The notes under the pieces were generated by a model. That model was not told the DNA's origin and made no database searches. It worked only from the letters and a program-made list of their open reading frames with translations. From Eledone cirrhosa (lineage: Eukaryota): DNA of 64,000 bases. The position numbers were made by a program, and so were the translations under genes. Each line of letters opens with the position of its first letter. Position 1 is the first letter of the stretch. Location: NCBI GenBank assembly GCA_964016885.1, contig OZ024743.1:341186001-341250000 (forward strand). Reading direction: 5' to 3'. Positions 28,400 to 41,316 of the stretch are shown piece by piece.

Positions 28400-31300
28400 G
28401 GCAAGTGCCCTCTCCCTGTTTTCCACCTTCAATTTACAGGCATATACTCACTCGGGCCATTCTTCCCTCTCTCACCCATCTTTCAACAAAATGCTGGGAA
28501 GACAGCACTTCCCTCTCTACCCTGATTTTCCTTTTCAAATGAAATTTGAAAAAGTTAATCAGGGCATCACTGAAGAAGTAAGGGCTCGTCTTCAGCCCTT
28601 TCAGACGCGTCCACCATACTATCTATTTCGCCATGGCCACCAGACAGATAAAGACTGCCTAAAGGAAGAGGGCAGCAATCCTCACGATAGACTCAGCTGA
28701 TAGCCGGATCCGTTCTACACGCGACAGCAGGTGTTCCATATAAACCCACATGTCAGCAATGCTCGGACAATGGACGAGTGCATGCAGGACGGTTTCTTCG
28801 CCCTGCGCGAATCTCAGACACCCTAGGCTGACGGCACTTCCATGCCAGTAGCGTTTATCCCGAACTGGCAAAGCTCCTCGGTAGCACTGCCAGGCCAGGG
28901 ATTTCTGGAAATTGTCCATAGGCCCCGGTCCGAAGGTGTTTCCGAAGAGATTGGCTAGTTGATTCTCGTCGATGCCTAGAGTTTCCCCAAGTACGTCGTC
29001 GCTCTTCCCCTCCACTAATCCTCTATAGAATGCCAAGGTGGAGTTTCCACCCATCACATTGCCCGACTGGTCGAGGGCTGTGAGCGCCTGAAGACATTTC
29101 ATCTCCAAGCGCTCCCTCTCGGTCTTCGCTTGACCAAGGATTGCAGCTCCGCCAAGGAGACGGCTGGAGAAAGACGCGTCTAGAAAACGGCGACCACATC
29201 TGATCAAAGTCAAGGAAGAGGTTGAAATGTCGTAGCCTGAGCGCGTGTCTGTGCATCATCAGCCACCGCATGTCCAGCCCTCCACGTAACGGGTGTTGAC
29301 AGCAGATGGACCGCCTGACCATGGGAGCGCGTCCCTTCCACAAAAAGCGAAAGAGCAAACGCTCCAGCGCAGTCAAGCGAGGCTTAGGACAAGGCACAAC
29401 GGTTAGGTGGTAGTAGGTGACAGGCGCGATGTACGCATTCGCCACCTCCGCTTCACCTTTCAAGTATAGCTTCCTCTCTGTCCATTTCTGGCAGAGGAAA
29501 GCCACCCTGCTCGTCCCCTCGTCCCAGTTTTCCTCCGTCTGGAGGTCCGGACCGAACCAGACCCCTAGTAATTTAACTGGTCCGTCCGTCCAGCGCCCGA
29601 CGACGCTGTTGGACGGCATGGACCTGCCTCTCCAGGTACCGAGCTGCAGGCCCACTGACTTTTCCTGGTTGATCATTGCTCCTGTCACAGCTTCGTATTC
29701 TCTTAGTGTAGTGACGATCGCATCGATGTGTTTGGCGTTCGACAGCACTACGGTGACATCGTCCGCATATGCTGACACTGATCTTCCGCATACTAGTTCG
29801 CGCGGGACCCCCTCAACGTCTCCAGTTTGTGCTGTAATGGCTCGTGAGTCAATACGTACGAGGGGGACGAGAGGGGACATCCTTGGCGGACTGAGCGCAT
29901 GATGTTGAACGGTTCCGAAAGGAAATATACATACCTTCACATATACATGCTGTCTGCTGAAGACAGCATGTATATGTCAAGGTGACCGTTCAATCTCACC
30001 AGAGAGCAGATGTCGCTGTGCATGGCAGCGATCCAGCCTCTGAAGACGGCCCAGGACTGCCGCCCTCAGGACTGCCGCCAGTTAATGATGGTCGACCCTA
30101 TAGAAAGCTTTCGACTGATCTAAATTGATCAAGGACACACGCGTGCCAGGTTTCCTAGCTACCCTCTCTACGATGTATCGCATGAGGTGGAGGTTGTCGT
30201 GGATGGATCATTTGGAATGGGGCATGTCTGCGCCTCTCCCACCAGACCACCAAAGACAAGCGCCAACCTCTTTGCTAGCACCTTGGCCAAAATCTTGAAC
30301 TCTGTTTAGTAGAGTTATGGGCCTGAAATTATCTATGTTATCCCCCTTGTTCGGATCCTTTCTCAGCAGCGGCACTGCTCCTCGGTTCACAGAGCTGAGA
30401 ATTCTCCCGCTCTGTTGCCAGTTGCCCGCCAAGAGTCCTCCGAACAAGTCTGGCATCTGTACATAAAGTTCATAGGGCAGACCATCCAAACCAGGCGATT
30501 TACCCCTTGTGCAGCCAGTCATTGCCTCCCGTACTTCAGCGGCTGTTATCGGCTTTTAGTAACACCCCACCTCAGTGGCCGAGAGCCGTCCGTCGAGGTA
30601 GGCACTAAAGTCCATCCCTCGATCAGGTCCGCCGCTGCCCCCGAACAGCTGAGCGATGTGTCGCTGAGAAGCTTCACGCATTTGCCCGGGATCGAGTAGC
30701 ATGCCCCCGTCGTGGTCCACCAAAGACCTGATCGTGGCTTTGTGCCACGACGCGCCTCCACCACTCGGGCCCATTGAACGGCTTTCGTCTCCTCGTGTCT
30801 GAGAGCACGCACCCTAGCTCTGACTACGCAGCCTTCTAGCTTTGCATTGAAGAATTGGTCAAGGGCCAATTTTGCCGCAAATACGTCGGTCGAGTTGCCT
30901 TTGCTAAGCGCCTCGTCTAATGTTCTAACTAGTTCTCCCTCTGCTCTATTTTTCTCTATTGCTAATGCCTTACTACACCTAATGGACACTATTCTAATCG
31001 CTCTTTTAAGATCAAACCACCATTTGTTGTTGACGATGGTCCCCAGTCGACGCCCGCTTAACTACTTCGCTAATCCGGTCTCTGTAGATCTTGCGCGATG
31101 TTAATGATGCGTTTAGCTTCCAGTAGCCTGGTCCGTGTCTATGAAGCCTATCTAAGTCAACCACACAGATCACGAATTTGTGGCCAGTGTAGCTGACTAT
31201 CTGGAATTGTGGACAGCCTATGCTAGACCTATCTATTTCCCTACAAAATACTCTATCTAGATATGATCTGGATGACCCGATACGATTTGTCCAAGTCCAC

Positions 31301-31838
31301 ATTGGCACATTCGCGAAATCCAATCGGTACCTGTCCGACAGTTGCAAATGCTTGAGTAGGTTTGTGAGGCTTTTACACCCTCCTCCCCCATTCGCTAATC
31401 CCACACAATCCCAGCGTGCAACTAAGATCCTATTCCAGTCGCGCATTAACACTAGAAAGCGGGACGTTCCAAAGAAGGTCTCAAGACGCCGGAAGAATTC
31501 AGGCCGTCCTGCTCCTGTTGGGGCATAGGCGGCCACTAGCCTGAAAGATTGTCCTTCTCCGCTGGTCACGTCCAGTACCACCAACTTACCCTGTGGGTCC
31601 AGACTTCTCCGGAACAACTTGGAGATGTGTACACTTCTCCGAGACTGCTTGGAGATGTGTACACCTCGTAGCCGCCGAAAATGGGTGCGAATGCCCGTGC
31701 CTCGGAGATTCTGGTCTCGCTGATGGCCACCACATCTATGTTTAGCGACCTGAGATCGTTCAGCAGGTGGCCCTGCTTCCAAGACGACCCCAGGCCACGT
31801 ACATTTACGCTAACTATTCTGAGAGGAGCTATGTTGGC
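28400..31838 (-). pseudogene. Tx1 ORF2: APE endonuclease + RT + C-terminal Cys motif (frameshifted)
   Basis: LRIVSVNVRGL, DVVAISET, SYLDR, GYWKLN, KSPGLDGLPYELY, NFRPITLLN, AYADDVTV, KLLGVWF, EETVLHALVHCP. Confidence 0.9.
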
Positions 31839-31899
31839 TAGGATAGGAGGAGAACAAATGAGAGGGGAGAGGTACAAACAATTACCTGTGGATCTTCTT

Positions 31900-33671
31900 T
31901 AGGAAGGGGGTGGGTGATCCATCCTTCCGACCATTGGTGAGTTTCTCCACGAGAATATCCGTGAATATTCTTTTGGTGACGTTCCCTCGGTAGTCTCAAA
32001 TTGAAGTGGGGAACATTTTTTGTTGTGTAATTTCTATTATTTTTATGTGTGTGGTGGGTGCAATTTTGGTGGTTTGTACGGTAGTCTGTTTCTGTGATTT
32101 TGGTGTGGTGTTGAATGTAATTTAAAAGCTTTGTGTTGTCTGTGTTTATGGCTGTGTATTGTGTCTGCTGTTTGGGTGTTGGTGCTTTCTGTATTTGCTG
32201 TCGTGTTGTTGGCGGTGACGATGGAGTTGATGCTAAGGGTGGCGGTAGTGGTGGTGGCGGTGATGTTGGTGGTGGTGGTGGTGATGGTGTAGGTGGTTGT
32301 GGGGGTGTGGCTGTTGATGGTGGTGGAGGAGGTGGGGTAGTTTTCATTTTTTTTAGGGTTCTTTCTTCCTCTTTTTTTTGAGGGGGGGGGGAGTGAGGGT
32401 ATGGAGTTCTTCTTTTTTTGTTGGAATAGTTCTCCACTCTTCGGCCTCATCGCACTCCTTATCCGATTTAGCTATATCAGGAAGGGATATGCTTTCCATT
32501 GGTTCTGTGGGTGGTGGAAGAGATGGTGCTCCTGCAATTTTTTGTTTGTTTGTTTGTCTGCTCCAGTTACGGGGCACGGCGTGGGGAGAAGGGGTGGGCG
32601 TGTGGCTGTTTTGGTAAGTTTGGGGCAGAATGCCTTTAGGTGCGTCTTTTCACTGCATCCATGACACCTTGGGCGCCTACCTTCGACAGTCACGGGTAGA
32701 TGGCTGCCGTCGTCCAGGTCTATTACATCGGGGATGGCCTCAATGCTCTCATGATTTGCTTGGATGATTAACTCCATCCCCGACCCTGTCCAATTTTCCT
32801 GTCCTATTCGCATGTCGTTGAGTATGGTTGTTGAAACCTCAACGTCAGCGAGGATGGCCGCCGTCAACCACGCCATCTCCGCTGAGGGCGGAACCTGGCC
32901 TACTCGAACCCTCACGACGCTCCTGCCGCAGTATGTGGGCATCATTATGATTTCGTCACTGCGGAGTGGCGCAATGGAGTGTGCTCTGGCTTCTTCTGGT
33001 GTAGCGAACAGCACATCCACAGTGCCATATCTCGATCCCCGGGCTATATATGTTTTCTGTACCCAGACGGTGTCCATAGCTCTTTGGACCTGTGACTCCG
33101 TTGCCCGTTCAACTCGCCGCGATTTTGCGATAACTGACCGAACACAAAAGCTTGTTTCTTATTATCTCAGCTGGGCGGTTGACACTTACCCTGTGTCCGG
33201 TCTTTTTAACCAAGACCTTTGCTTGTTTTATCTCTTCGTTAGTGATATGTACTTGTTCAAAATTGTTTGTCGCTTTAGCGAAAGACGTGTTTGATTTGAT
33301 TTGTGTTGACTCGTCACTAGTTTTGTCTATGTTGCCGTCGTTGGTGTTTTTTTTTCTTTCATCTGTGTTGCTGCTATTATAGTTGTTGTTCTTTGGATTC
33401 TTTATGGCTGTTGCTGTTGTTATTGTTGTTATTGGGCTGGTGGTCGTGGTGTTTGATTTTTTTTTAACGCAGGGAAATTTTCGTTGTAATTTCCACTACT
33501 GCTACCATAGTTCCAGTGGCTGATGCTGCTGTTTTCGCTACCACTGTCACTGTTGCTGCTGCTGCTGTTTCTCTTGTTTTTTACTTTGCCTTGTGATTGG
33601 GTGGAAATGGCTGTTCCACCCTCCGAACAACTCGCTGTTCCTCCCTGTGGACAACATTTTTTCTCCGCCAT
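31900..33671 (-). pseudogene. Tx1 ORF1 with CCHC zinc knuckle and Pro/Thr-rich tail (disrupted)
   Basis: VTVEGRRPRCHGCSEKTHLKAFCP is a CX2CX4HX4C knuckle, followed by a proline-rich segment. Confidence 0.75.
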
Positions 33672-33889
33672 ATCTTTTTTCAAATAAAATTTGGGGGTTA
33701 TGATTGTTAAGAAAAGCAAATTTAGCTCTCAAGGGCGCGAGATACAGTTAAAAAAACCACCTCCTTTGACAGAGGGGTTCTTTAACTACACACCGATGTA
33801 AAACATATTATATAGAACTTTCGATAACTCACCAAAATTCAACTAACTTACTCCGCCGTAGTTACCGCCGTCTTATAATAATAACAACA

Positions 33890-33931
<42 letters not shown>

Positions 33932-33951
33932 TATTATTATTATTATTATTA

Positions 33952-34137
33952 TTTCTTCATTTGTCACAAAGCCAGCAATTATTTCAGTGCATTACTGGTA
34001 CTTTATTTTATCGACCCCGTAAGGATGAAAGGCAAAGTTTACCAAGGCAAAGTTAACTCAGATCGTAAAGGCCCGTAACTCTATGCTGCAAAGCATGGCG
34101 TCCGACCCTCTAACGATAGAGCCAATCGACCTTCCTT
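33952..34137 (-). mobile_element. SINE family B
   Basis: Core homology to other family B copies. Confidence 0.8.
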
Positions 34138-34372
34138 ATATATATAATAATATTAATAATAATAAATCTTTTGAAGGAATTTTACAAATCCAGCATCCTG
34201 TCATTTTACTCAATAATAATTAACTCCGGTCTCGCATCACCAACACGATTCAACATAAAAGATGGATGAGTTGCATAACATCGAGTGCTTATCCTAATAT
34301 TACATCATGATTGGCTATACGGAATGACCAGTTCTACCCAGTGGTGAACCACCAAACTTAAATGCAAATATA

Positions 34373-34591
34373 TAGGGATTGTAACGTCCATGTAGGTTCA
34401 CCAGAGTGAGCACTCAATGCCTAGTTTCCAGTAAGTATAGAGGTGTAGTACTAATTATCATAATAAAAAGGAGGATTTGTTATATCTTCATTACGTTTAT
34501 TAATTTGTGACGCGTGTTTCGTTATTGATCAGCTCAAGCTTGAATCTGTATCGATCTAGCCCGACTCTCGTTGGACATCTGAGGTCCGACG
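34373..34591 (-). mobile_element. Family F short element with HHR 3' half
   Basis: Homologous to 3887-4126; minus strand reads GAAA-CACGCG-TC. Confidence 0.55.
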
Positions 34592-35720
34592 TAAAGTAAA
34601 ATAAATGGCAGTAAAATAAATGGAGACACAAGTTAAACTTGCAAGTAAATGTTATTTTAAGTAACTACACAAATTAGCTACATAAAACAGAGGTGACCAC
34701 GAGGTTTGTACTTTCAGCTGCCAGTAAAATGGAAATTGACCTTGCATGTTTCAATTCTATTGGTAATTCATCTCAGATCGGTTGCCTATTGACCTGATCG
34801 CATTGTAGTACGTCATCGCTAATTATAATACCCACAACATCTGATAGAAGTATAATTTCCTGCTTCTTTGTATATTATGTAAATATCTATATCGTTTAGT
34901 GAAAACAAATGGTATATGATTAGGTCGAAACGCTTGTTAATATAATACAACATACCAGTATGCAAGGGCACATTTGAAAATGTAGTTGTAAATGCAATAT
35001 CGCTGAATAAATGACTGATGACAACCTTTGATGCAGCTTCCATTATTGGTTTGTTAGATTTAGGGTTTCCATCAGCTGAATAAAAAACAACAAAGAATAA
35101 TAAGTGGAGAGATATTTTGAATACTATATTCGTGGATATTATTATGAGGTTACAATGACGTGACGGCTGAACTGGATTGATCATACAAACCTGAAAGAAC
35201 AGATTAAATAAACTGTGTAAGTAAAAAGGTGCGTTTTAATATATATCTGTTTATTCACAGTTGATCTATTACTACATACTAAATATATGTTATGGAAGAT
35301 CTATGATCCCCATACCATTTCTCTTCATACTCAATACTGATGTTCGATGTGGCGATAACCAACCTCAAAAATCTATCAAAGATTTCTGTTTTTAGAAGTT
35401 ATTGTAAGGTGCTAGATAATGTTAATAATTGTTTATTCCTCTCACAAATTTCTATTCATAGAGGTTACTATTGGGTGATAATTAATGCTAACAATTGTTC
35501 TTTTTACAATATGACTGATAACATAAATTCTGGATTTTGCCTAGTTGACTGAATATCATATCAATTAAATAAATGATTATATTGACGAAATCTATGAAGC
35601 AGAGTGATAATCACAAACAAGTGTATAGCACTATAGAGATTTCAAATGCTTTAGGGCTTAATGAGAGAAAACAGATTAAGTCGCAGCTTTATGCCTGTAC
35701 GTACGTATGTATGTATGTAT

Positions 35721-36330
35721 GTCAGGTCACCAGTTGGTGCTACTGGTAACATGTATCCCAGTACAACCTGTCTCATGGTCGGGTCATTGGCGACTAAACT
35801 GGCAACCCCACCAAGGTTTCTTGGTGAGGAGGGTGACTTTGGACATCCTGCACGACTAAAAACAAAACCTGTCAAAGGGCAAAGGAGCTCTTAAGAGTCA
35901 ATGGCCATCCAAAATCACCGGGAGAGATGACCCCTTAGCCTTTGTAAAGGCAGAATTCTAGGAGAAGGAAAACTCTGATATAACACCTGCAACCCTGATG
36001 GTATCCAATGATGTTGACTTGTTCTTCTTTTTGGTAAATATCATCTTGGTTAAGAGAGTGGAACTGGCTTTGTGCAGTGCCTTTGCTCACTATAAAAGCT
36101 TCACGGCACAGGCATTGCTTTATATCTGGAGATCTCTCTGCACTTGTCGTCACATGGTACCATGGGCCCAGCAATATGTGTCAATAATTGTCACAAGTGC
36201 AGTGTTTGTACCAGAGTTTTCAAGTCGCTGGCGGGACTAAAAAGTCACACTCGTTCAGCGCATCAGTAGGGGTTCTCCTACATGGATATGAAGTAGAGGC
36301 CGTACTCGAAAACGAGTTGGCAGCCACCAT
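35721..36330 (+). mobile_element. Bipartite non-autonomous RTE-derived element, copy 1
   Basis: 5'-UTR-like structured part joined to a 3' end encoding CSVCTRVFKSLAGLKSHTRSAH (RTE C-terminal Zn motif); (TATG)n tail. Confidence 0.75.
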
Positions 36331-36399
36331 GTATGTATGTATGTATGTATGTATGTATGTATGTATGTATGTATGTATGTATGTATGTATGTATGTATG

Positions 36400-36997
36400 T
36401 CAGGTCACCAGTTGGTGCTACTGGTAACATGTATCCCAGTACAACCTGTCTCATGGTCGGGTCGTTGGAGACTAAACTGGCAACCCCACCAGGGTTTCTT
36501 GGTGAGGAGGGTGGCTTTGGACATCCTGCAGTACTAAAAACAAAACCTGTCAAAAGGCAAAGGGGCTCCTAAGAGTCAATGGCCATCCAAAAACACCGGG
36601 AGAGATGACCCCTTAGCCTTTAGCAAGGCAGAATTCTAGGAGAAGGAAAACTCTGTTATAACACCTGCAACCCTGATGGTATCCAATGATGTTGACTTGT
36701 TCTTCTTTTTGGTAAATATCATCTTGGTTAACAGAGTGGGACTGGCTTTGTGCAGTGCCTTTGCTCACTATAAAAGCTTCACGGCACAGGCATTGCTTTA
36801 TATCTGGAGATCTCTGCACTTGTCGTCACATGGTACCATGGGCCCAGCACTATGTGTCAATAGGTGTAGTGTTTGTACCAGAGTTTTCAAGTCGCTGACT
36901 GGACTAAAAAGTCACACTCGTTCAGCGCATCGGTAGGGGTTCTTCTACATGGATATAAAGTAGTGGCCATACTCGAAAACGAGTTGGCAGCCTCCAT
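36400..36997 (+). mobile_element. Bipartite non-autonomous RTE-derived element, copy 2
   Basis: Tandem, highly similar copy of 35721-36330. Confidence 0.8.
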
Positions 36998-37013
36998 GTA
37001 GGTATGTATGTAT

Positions 37014-39521
37014 GTTCTTCTGGTTTTATAATTTCACAAAGTTTTTCCAATAGAGAGAGAGTCGGTTTCTAACATAGACACAAGACTCTCTCATTGGAAT
37101 TTACACCTCATCAACTAGGTAGATATGTATGTATGTCTGCATGCATGTGTAGATATGGATGTTATTGTATGTGTGGATGTGTATGTTTTGAGTTGTATGT
37201 GTGCATGTGTATATGCTTTGTATCTGTACATGTGTATATGCAGTTATTAGATGCAACATTTTTGGAATGTTTTACATATTTTTACTGTTCCATTAATGGA
37301 TTGTACTTGTAATTTCCTAACTAGTTGTGTTCGTTCTGTTCCTGTGAAGCCTAGCTTCTCAAGATTTGTATTGACGCAGTTACTAACATATCCCAGTGCC
37401 CCAATAATCGCAGGCATAAATCTGAAGGTGTAATCAGGGTGGAGTATCTGCAGATTTCTAATCAGTTCTGCATGAATATTCCCCTTTTCACTAATCTTTG
37501 ATATTATATTGGCATCTGCTGGGCAGCTAATTTCCACTACTGTGCATGTTTTCTTCTCCCTGTGCCATATCATAATATCTGGTCTGTTATGCCTGCATTT
37601 TATTGGGGTTTTTACTGGAACATTCCACCAGTACTCTTTCATATTATGTACATGGATGTCTTTCACATCTGTAGCTTTTAATGTGTTTGTTATCGGGGCT
37701 ATCTTTTTTACGAAGTGCATTGTACACTGTTTTGGCCACTACATCATGCCTCATAGGTAGATAGTACCGCGATGACATCTTTGGGCAGCTGATGATGACA
37801 TGGGTGATATCCTCGATGTTAGTTCTGCAGAGTCTGCACTTGTTATCACATCTAGGTGTTTTGCCTGCATCCCTATCTCTTTTGTGAATCAGGTATTTCG
37901 TGCTTATCTCCTGTCCTTGGATTGCAAAAGCGTATCCTTCAAAGTGGGAGCCAATATAGCGGTTGTTGGTCCAACATATACTACTTTCCCCATCTATATT
38001 ACTCTCACTCTGGAGCTTCCTGGCAACATATCCATGCTTGATTTTTTACTGATAGGCATGCAGTTTTTCATCCATGGATTCACTGCGAAACTGCTGAGCG
38101 ACATCCCTGGGTGTGAGTTTTTGATTATCACACAGGGAATAACTCTGAAGGAGTTCCTTCCCAACTCTCATAGTCTTATCTGTTTCAAGCAGATAGACTT
38201 GCTCGAGAAGCGGGCTCCTACGCTTCGAGGTTCGTAGATGTTGTCGGAGAGATATGATGCGACATTCAAATGTTGTCTGGACTGATGTTAGGCGTCTACC
38301 TCCCTGCTTACGTTTCAAGTAAAGGCGGTCTATGTCACTGTTGATGTGGAAGTTTCCGGTGTTGTTCAGTATTTTTCGAGTTCCAACATCAACTGCTCGG
38401 ATTTCATCTATCGTCCAATTGAGTATTCCAGACGTTGGTGTTAGGACAGGCACAGCAAACACATTGTGAGCCACTGTTTTGTTTTGCGCAAAGAGTTCCG
38501 ATGAACAGATCTTTCTTAATCGGGTGTAGTATTCCCTGGTTTCGCGTTCTTTATTACAGATACCATTATAGGATATGTTCTCATCTATCCCCAGGTATCT
38601 GTAGCAGTCCTCATCAGATATTGGTGAAACAGTTAGACCATTGATGACAATGTTGCTAGATTGGGTTGTTGTTTATCCCCGCTTTACAGTCATGTATGAG
38701 CATTTATCTTGGCCAAACTCCATTCCTATATCCTTTGAGAACGTTGTAACCAGGTCAAGATTTTTCTTCATCCCATCCATGTTCTTGGCATAGAGTTTCA
38801 GATCGTCCACAAGGAAGTTATGGGTTAGGTTCGTATTTCTGTCCTTCTGTGAGCCAATGATGTATCCCTCACATTTCTTGAGCAGAAAGGACAAGGGGTT
38901 TAATGACAAGATGAACAATATCACAGAGAGACTGTCCCCCTGAAATATACCCCTGCAATATTTTATTTTATCAGTGAAAATAGAGTCCCCCCTCTCTGTC
39001 TTTAACCTTAGGATAGTAGCCCAAGAAGAAGACAGCCTCTCTATGGCTCTGACAATAATGTCTGGGACTTTAGCAAGTTGGAGGGCCTCTATCATCTAAG
39101 AGTGGGGAACAGAATCGAAAGCTTTTTTGTAGTCCAGCCAGACTGTAGTCATATTCCTCCTAAGTTGTCGCACCTCCGACATCGCAGTTTTGTTGATTAG
39201 GAGTTGTTCAACAAATCCCCAAACCCTTTTCTTTCCAGCTGCTTGTTCATCTGTGATGATGTTATTATTTTCACAGTGATCTTGGAGGAATAGGTTGAGG
39301 CAGGCTGTATACATCTTATACATCAGGCTCTGGCATGCAATGGGTCGGTAGTTTTTTGCCAAGTGGGTGTCTTTGTTCTTGGGGACCAGTAATGTTTGTG
39401 CTAATGTCAACCGTTCTGGTATACGTGTATCTCCCTTAAGAACTTGTTGGTAGAGGTCAGTAAGATACCTCCGATAGAATATTAGTTTTTTGTACCAGTA
39501 GCCGACAATCATGTCTCTTCC
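37014..39521 (-). mobile_element. R4/Dong-type LINE, 5'-truncated: RT + restriction-like endonuclease, in (CATA)n
   Basis: KNYRPIAC, WLDYKKAFDSVPHS, GIFQGDSLS, VDDLKLY, RLYLKRKQGG and the RLE motif RPDIMI..VVEISCP. Few stops or frameshifts. Confidence 0.92.
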
Positions 39522-39642
39522 TATGTATGTATGTATGTATGTATGTATGTATGTATGTATGTATGTATGTATGTATGTATGTATGTATGTATGTATGTAT
39601 GTATGTATGTATGTATGTATCTATGTATGTATGTATGTATGT
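39522..39642. repeat. (TATG)n microsatellite
   Basis: Visible directly in the sequence. Confidence 0.95.
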
Positions 39643-39647
39643 ATATA

Positions 39648-40005
39648 CAATATACGTAAATCAGCAGGAGGGTTCTAACGATATGCAAAACTACATGAAC
39701 TCCAACCACAGCTGGCTATTCCCAGTGAATGTTTTGGTTGCCGACTCTGTGCAAGACATTTTAGATCATTGGCTGAGCTAAAAAGCCACACTAGGTCGCA
39801 GCGCTGTTAATTGCAATCATGTGTGTGTGTTTAGATATGTTTATGTGTGTGCGTGTGTGTGTATATATATATATATGTATATTATTATTGTTGTTGTCGT
39901 TATTATTATTGTCGTTATTATTATTATTATTGTTATTAATATATATATATATATATATATTTTTTCGTGCAATGGCCATACTCGATAACGAGGGGGCAGC
40001 CATCA
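39648..40005 (+). mobile_element. RTE LINE 3' remnant with microsatellite-expanded UTR
   Basis: CRLCARHFRSLAELKSHTR; tail GGCCATACTCGATAACGAGGGGGCAGCCATCAT, also at 63000-63040 (-). Confidence 0.65.
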
Positions 40006-40027
40006 TAAATGTATGTATGTATGTTAT

Positions 40028-40470
40028 GTCAGGTCACTCTCCGGCGTTACTGGTAAATGTAACCCGGTACAACATGTGCATGGTCAGGTCGTCGCTGACA
40101 ACCCCACCAAGTTTGCTTAATGAGGAGGGTGATGTTGGACACCTGTCAAAGGGCGGAGGAACGCAAGAGAGTCAACGGCCATCCAATAAAGATTTTTTTG
40201 GCGGAGAGCGAGTGATCCCTAGTCTTCATTAAGACATCTTTCTAGGAGAAAGTCACTCTCATATAAAATCTGCGACTTCGTTTGCATCCAATAATATAAA
40301 CCAGTTCTTCTTTTGGGGTACAGGCATACCTTGATATGTGATATTTTTGGCGATGCATGGTATTGTTAGCCATGGGCAAATCCCTTGCAGGACTAAAAAG
40401 CAACGTCTGTGACGCTCATGTTTCAGTATCAAGTGATGGAATTACTCGAAATCGAGTTGCAGCTATCATG
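40028..40470 (+). mobile_element. Older diverged copy of the bipartite RTE-derived element
   Basis: Starts GTCAGGTCAC and ends ACTCGAAATCGAGTTGCAGCTATCATG. Confidence 0.7.
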
Positions 40471-40857
40471 TAAGTCGGTATGAATTATATGTGTGCGAAG
40501 TGTGTATGTAAGTATATGTCATATATAACTCTAAGAGTATTATATCTTATCCCATTGAGCTCTGGAGAAATAAACATTTCTATAGCAGATAATAGTTCCT
40601 TGCAATCATCTCTCTTGTTATAACATCATCATTTATTGTATACATATTTATGATACAGAAATATTCGATAAAATCAGTATCAGACAAGCAAATGAGGACG
40701 ATATTATTGTGAAAAAATAAATACAGGAAGACAGTTCACCAGCATGGCTGCACTTAAATGATTGACATGAAGATTTGTATATATATATACACACAAACAA
40801 ACACACACACACAAAGAGACACACACCCACACACGCACACACACACACACACACACG

Positions 40858-40918
<61 letters not shown>

Positions 40919-41240
40919 ACACGCGCACATATGTATATATGTGTGTATGAGTGTATGTGGATGTGTGTATTTATACACAGCTATAGTTGTGCAGATATGC
41001 ATTCTTTATTATTGTGCTGTTTGTTGGTTTAAAACACAAATAAAAATACCGAAAGCCATTTAAAATTTATTGGTTTCGCTATGCCTTTCAAACAAATAAA
41101 TACGTTGGTGATAACAATAACGCGAATAACTATTACCTATTGATTTAATCGCCCTATCGGGTTTTCTCTTTCTTTGTGATACAACTGAATAGTTATTCGA
41201 GTTTCATTCTACAAGCTTGCAATTTAATAAAATGACATAC

Positions 41241-41316
41241 CTTCTTCTTCTTCTTCTTCTTCTTCTTCTTCTTCTTCTTCTTCTTCTTCTTCTTCTTCTT
41301 CTTCTTCTTCTTCTTC
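41241..41316. repeat. (CTT)n microsatellite
   Basis: Visible directly in the sequence. Confidence 0.95.

Larger units (their letters stand above)
28182..33874 (-). mobile_element. Near full-length L1/Tx1-type non-LTR retrotransposon (~5.7 kb) in (TAA)n
   Basis: ORF1 and ORF2 remnants in the expected order; (AAT)n at both ends (28158-28181 and 33875-33930). Confidence 0.9.

Noticed and set aside
29417-32764. Plus-strand ORFs overlapping the Tx1 element
   Set aside because: They are antisense shadows of GC-rich LINE coding sequence.
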